Virus genome (UHGV): UHGV-1915822
From: a virus
Reading direction: 5' to 3' (one strand)
Length of the DNA: 15,359 nt
Within the stretch, counting starts at the first letter, position 1. Each line of letters begins with the position of its first letter. The notes under the pieces were generated by a model. It did not search any database. It was given only the letters and a program-made list of their open reading frames with translations, and was not told where the DNA came from. This document shows, one piece after another, positions 14,701 to 15,359 of this stretch. The position numbers were made by a program, and so were the translations under genes.

Positions 14701-15318
14701 ACTGGCGATACTATGACAGGGCATTTATCAATGAGCAATCGATCAAACGTTAAAATTTTAGATGATGACGATGAACCTGTTGCAAGTCTTGGTTATCTGT
14801 TTGGCGTTACAAAACCTAGAGGAATTATATCTTTCTTAAAAAACCCGGGCACCATCAATAACCTATTTAATGAAAATTATCTTGCTACGTATGCCTTAAA
14901 TCAACGAGAAGCTGTAAACTATGTAGGACGTACATTCAAATTCGGTGGAACCTTTACGGGAGGAGCATATAACTGTGTTGCTACACATTTAGGATTTGAA
15001 GATCCTAATGGTAAGGCTTCCAGATATGCAAATGTCAAATTAGATATTGACATCTATTGCTTAACTCCTATTACGACTGCTCCTTCCTTTGCCTTCAATC
15101 TACCAACTTCTATTTTTACGGTAAGAACTGGAACTATCACAGACGAAATATGGAAATTTACATACGCAGATAATGTATATTTGAATATTACTGCTCAAGA
15201 AGGTGGTACTATTATTTGTAAATTTGGAGGTTCACCTGCCGTTGGTAGGCATATTTCTGCTACGATTATACCTTATCAGCTTGCTTGGAGTATTGATCCG
15301 GCTATCAATCTTCATTAA
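11731..15318 (+). CDS. pre-neck appendage / tail fibre protein (gp12-position), multidomain
   Basis: 1195 aa at the gene-12 position. Contains a Cys/Pro/His-rich N-terminus, an N-terminal globular region of ~280 aa, about 15 tandem 14-aa repeats, five phage tail-fibre-type repeats (LPLAGGTMTG...NK.YVD), two GG-VKVGE-DGTLS repeats, and a distinct C-terminal domain. Confidence 0.85.
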   Translation: MYDCNKKPCTPPPVDPCEHHHPCGPDFPNFCPPPAPHPAPYQPPCPSVAEGSSLYEAVNNLTNRVNTCMATYNDVMANCYKTLHNLECAAQENGAYYDCHEVWTETGYQPDESATYTIIHKAVVDRRGEPIRMQLHLAYGNTTNSQITQNLFSASEVTLADKIVPAIPLTGTGWYGNAIINGCPIPSTEASTYYTVGFTKKGVMRYYPNSVSVDQMLKDTIENAMGCSGVLIINSQIANDAFFEHIPNATEQKARIVMGQNYDTREVMILVCGQENNVDKKGLTSKACAEILLQYGCDIAVELSEGDSAGACDKGQLMFVPDNNNVPETYAFWYISRKCFYCNDYQRELAKLMQNYGTCLWQTYLNKKKIEQLREDLNTEITNREDADQVLQNQILEEVDNRVKADEVLQNQILAEVDNRVKADEVLQNQILAEVDNRVNADNVLQNQILTEVDARKNADDVLQNQILEEVKNRENADNTLQEQILTETNARIDADESLQNQIITETNARVAYDENLQAQITKEVTDRTNADATLHQEILTEQGERIAADEVLQRNINEEAATRAEEDTKLQGNIDAETTARQEADATLQSNIDALAQRVTVLETDVDQLQTLYNSLQEQTAAMDTAITSIQQTIASIETSLNNVKTSIDNITNGTTLLPYLPIKGGTMQGSINMNNKSITNVPSPSADGDAVNKKYVDDAIAGGITPPTGDYLPLSGGTMTGNINMNNNRVTSVGAPSAGTDAVNKDYVDDEIATAGDGKFLPLAGGALTGAVTTTETEFENNELVTKSYVDGQVATAGNGKFLPLAGGTMTGAINMGNQKVTAVATPTTGTDATNKTYVDNAISTAGNGKFLPLAGGTMTGAINMGNQKVTAVATPTDGSDAANKQYVDQAVAGSSYTLPAATTTTLGGVKVGEGLSVTADGTLSATGGSTDIPIASDTVLGGIKVGESLSIEADGTLSVVASDNPTTPRMPVNKEYVDNQLDNFVAKTGDTMTGHLSMSNRSNVKILDDDDEPVASLGYLFGVTKPRGIISFLKNPGTINNLFNENYLATYALNQREAVNYVGRTFKFGGTFTGGAYNCVATHLGFEDPNGKASRYANVKLDIDIYCLTPITTAPSFAFNLPTSIFTVRTGTITDEIWKFTYADNVYLNITAQEGGTIICKFGGSPAVGRHISATIIPYQLAWSIDPAINLH
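12868..13530 (+). repeat. tandem 42-bp (14-codon) repeats, about 15 units, inside the appendage gene
   Basis: Unit consensus at protein level is roughly N-R-x-x-A-D-x-x-L-Q-N-Q-I-L-x-E-V-D. Adjacent DNA units are near-identical, for example GTATTGCAAAACCAAATCCT recurs at 42-bp spacing. Confidence 0.8.
13711..14420 (+). repeat. five tail-fibre repeat units of 126-147 bp; the last two are near-identical 147-bp direct repeats
   Basis: Protein units LP(L/I)xGGTMxG.INM.N..VT.V..P....DA.NK.YVD. The DNA copies beginning near 14125 and 14272 are almost identical over about 147 bp. Confidence 0.8.
14431..14620 (+). repeat. two ~30-codon repeats (T-LGG-KVGE-L-ADGTLS)
   Basis: LPAATTTTLGGVKVGEGLSVTADGTLSA followed by IPIASDTVLGGIKVGESLSIEADGTLSV. 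Confidence 0.7.
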
Positions 15319-15359
15319 CACTCCTTTCTTTACAAGCGCTGGCAGATGCAGCTCTGTCG

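Noticed and set aside
1-15359. Integrated prophage or other mobile element (integrase, transposase, att sites)
   Set aside because: No recombinase-like ORF or flanking direct repeats were seen. The gene content is that of a lytic protein-primed phage.

Overview
The window reads as a compact, almost entirely plus-strand genome segment of a phi29-like, protein-primed podophage from a low-GC Gram-positive host (GGAGG-type ribosome-binding sites, AT-rich codons). All protein comparisons are against phi29 sequences recalled from memory, since no database search was possible. Gene order is: divergent promoter hub, two small acidic early proteins, p6-like DNA-binding protein, p5-like SSB, hairpin, p4-like regulator, terminal protein, type-B DNA polymerase, promoter, packaging ATPase, small single-TM protein, M23 peptidase, scaffold, major capsid protein with a C-terminal Ig-like domain, terminator, tail knob, portal, lower collar, and a 1195-aa pre-neck appendage/tail fibre that runs to the window end. 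Most gene junctions overlap or abut (TAATG or GTGA), suggesting translational coupling. I found no tRNA, rRNA, CRISPR array, integrase or transposase. The most interesting points are the co-directional and permuted module order relative to phi29, the unusual appendage protein (Cys/Pro/His-rich N-terminus, a possible phosphodiester-glycosidase-like domain, 42-bp tandem repeats), the acidic early proteins as anti-defence candidates, and the regulatory architecture around the early promoter and the p4-like gene. Nearly all minus-strand and alternate-frame ORFs in the track lie inside well-supported genes and are treated as spurious.
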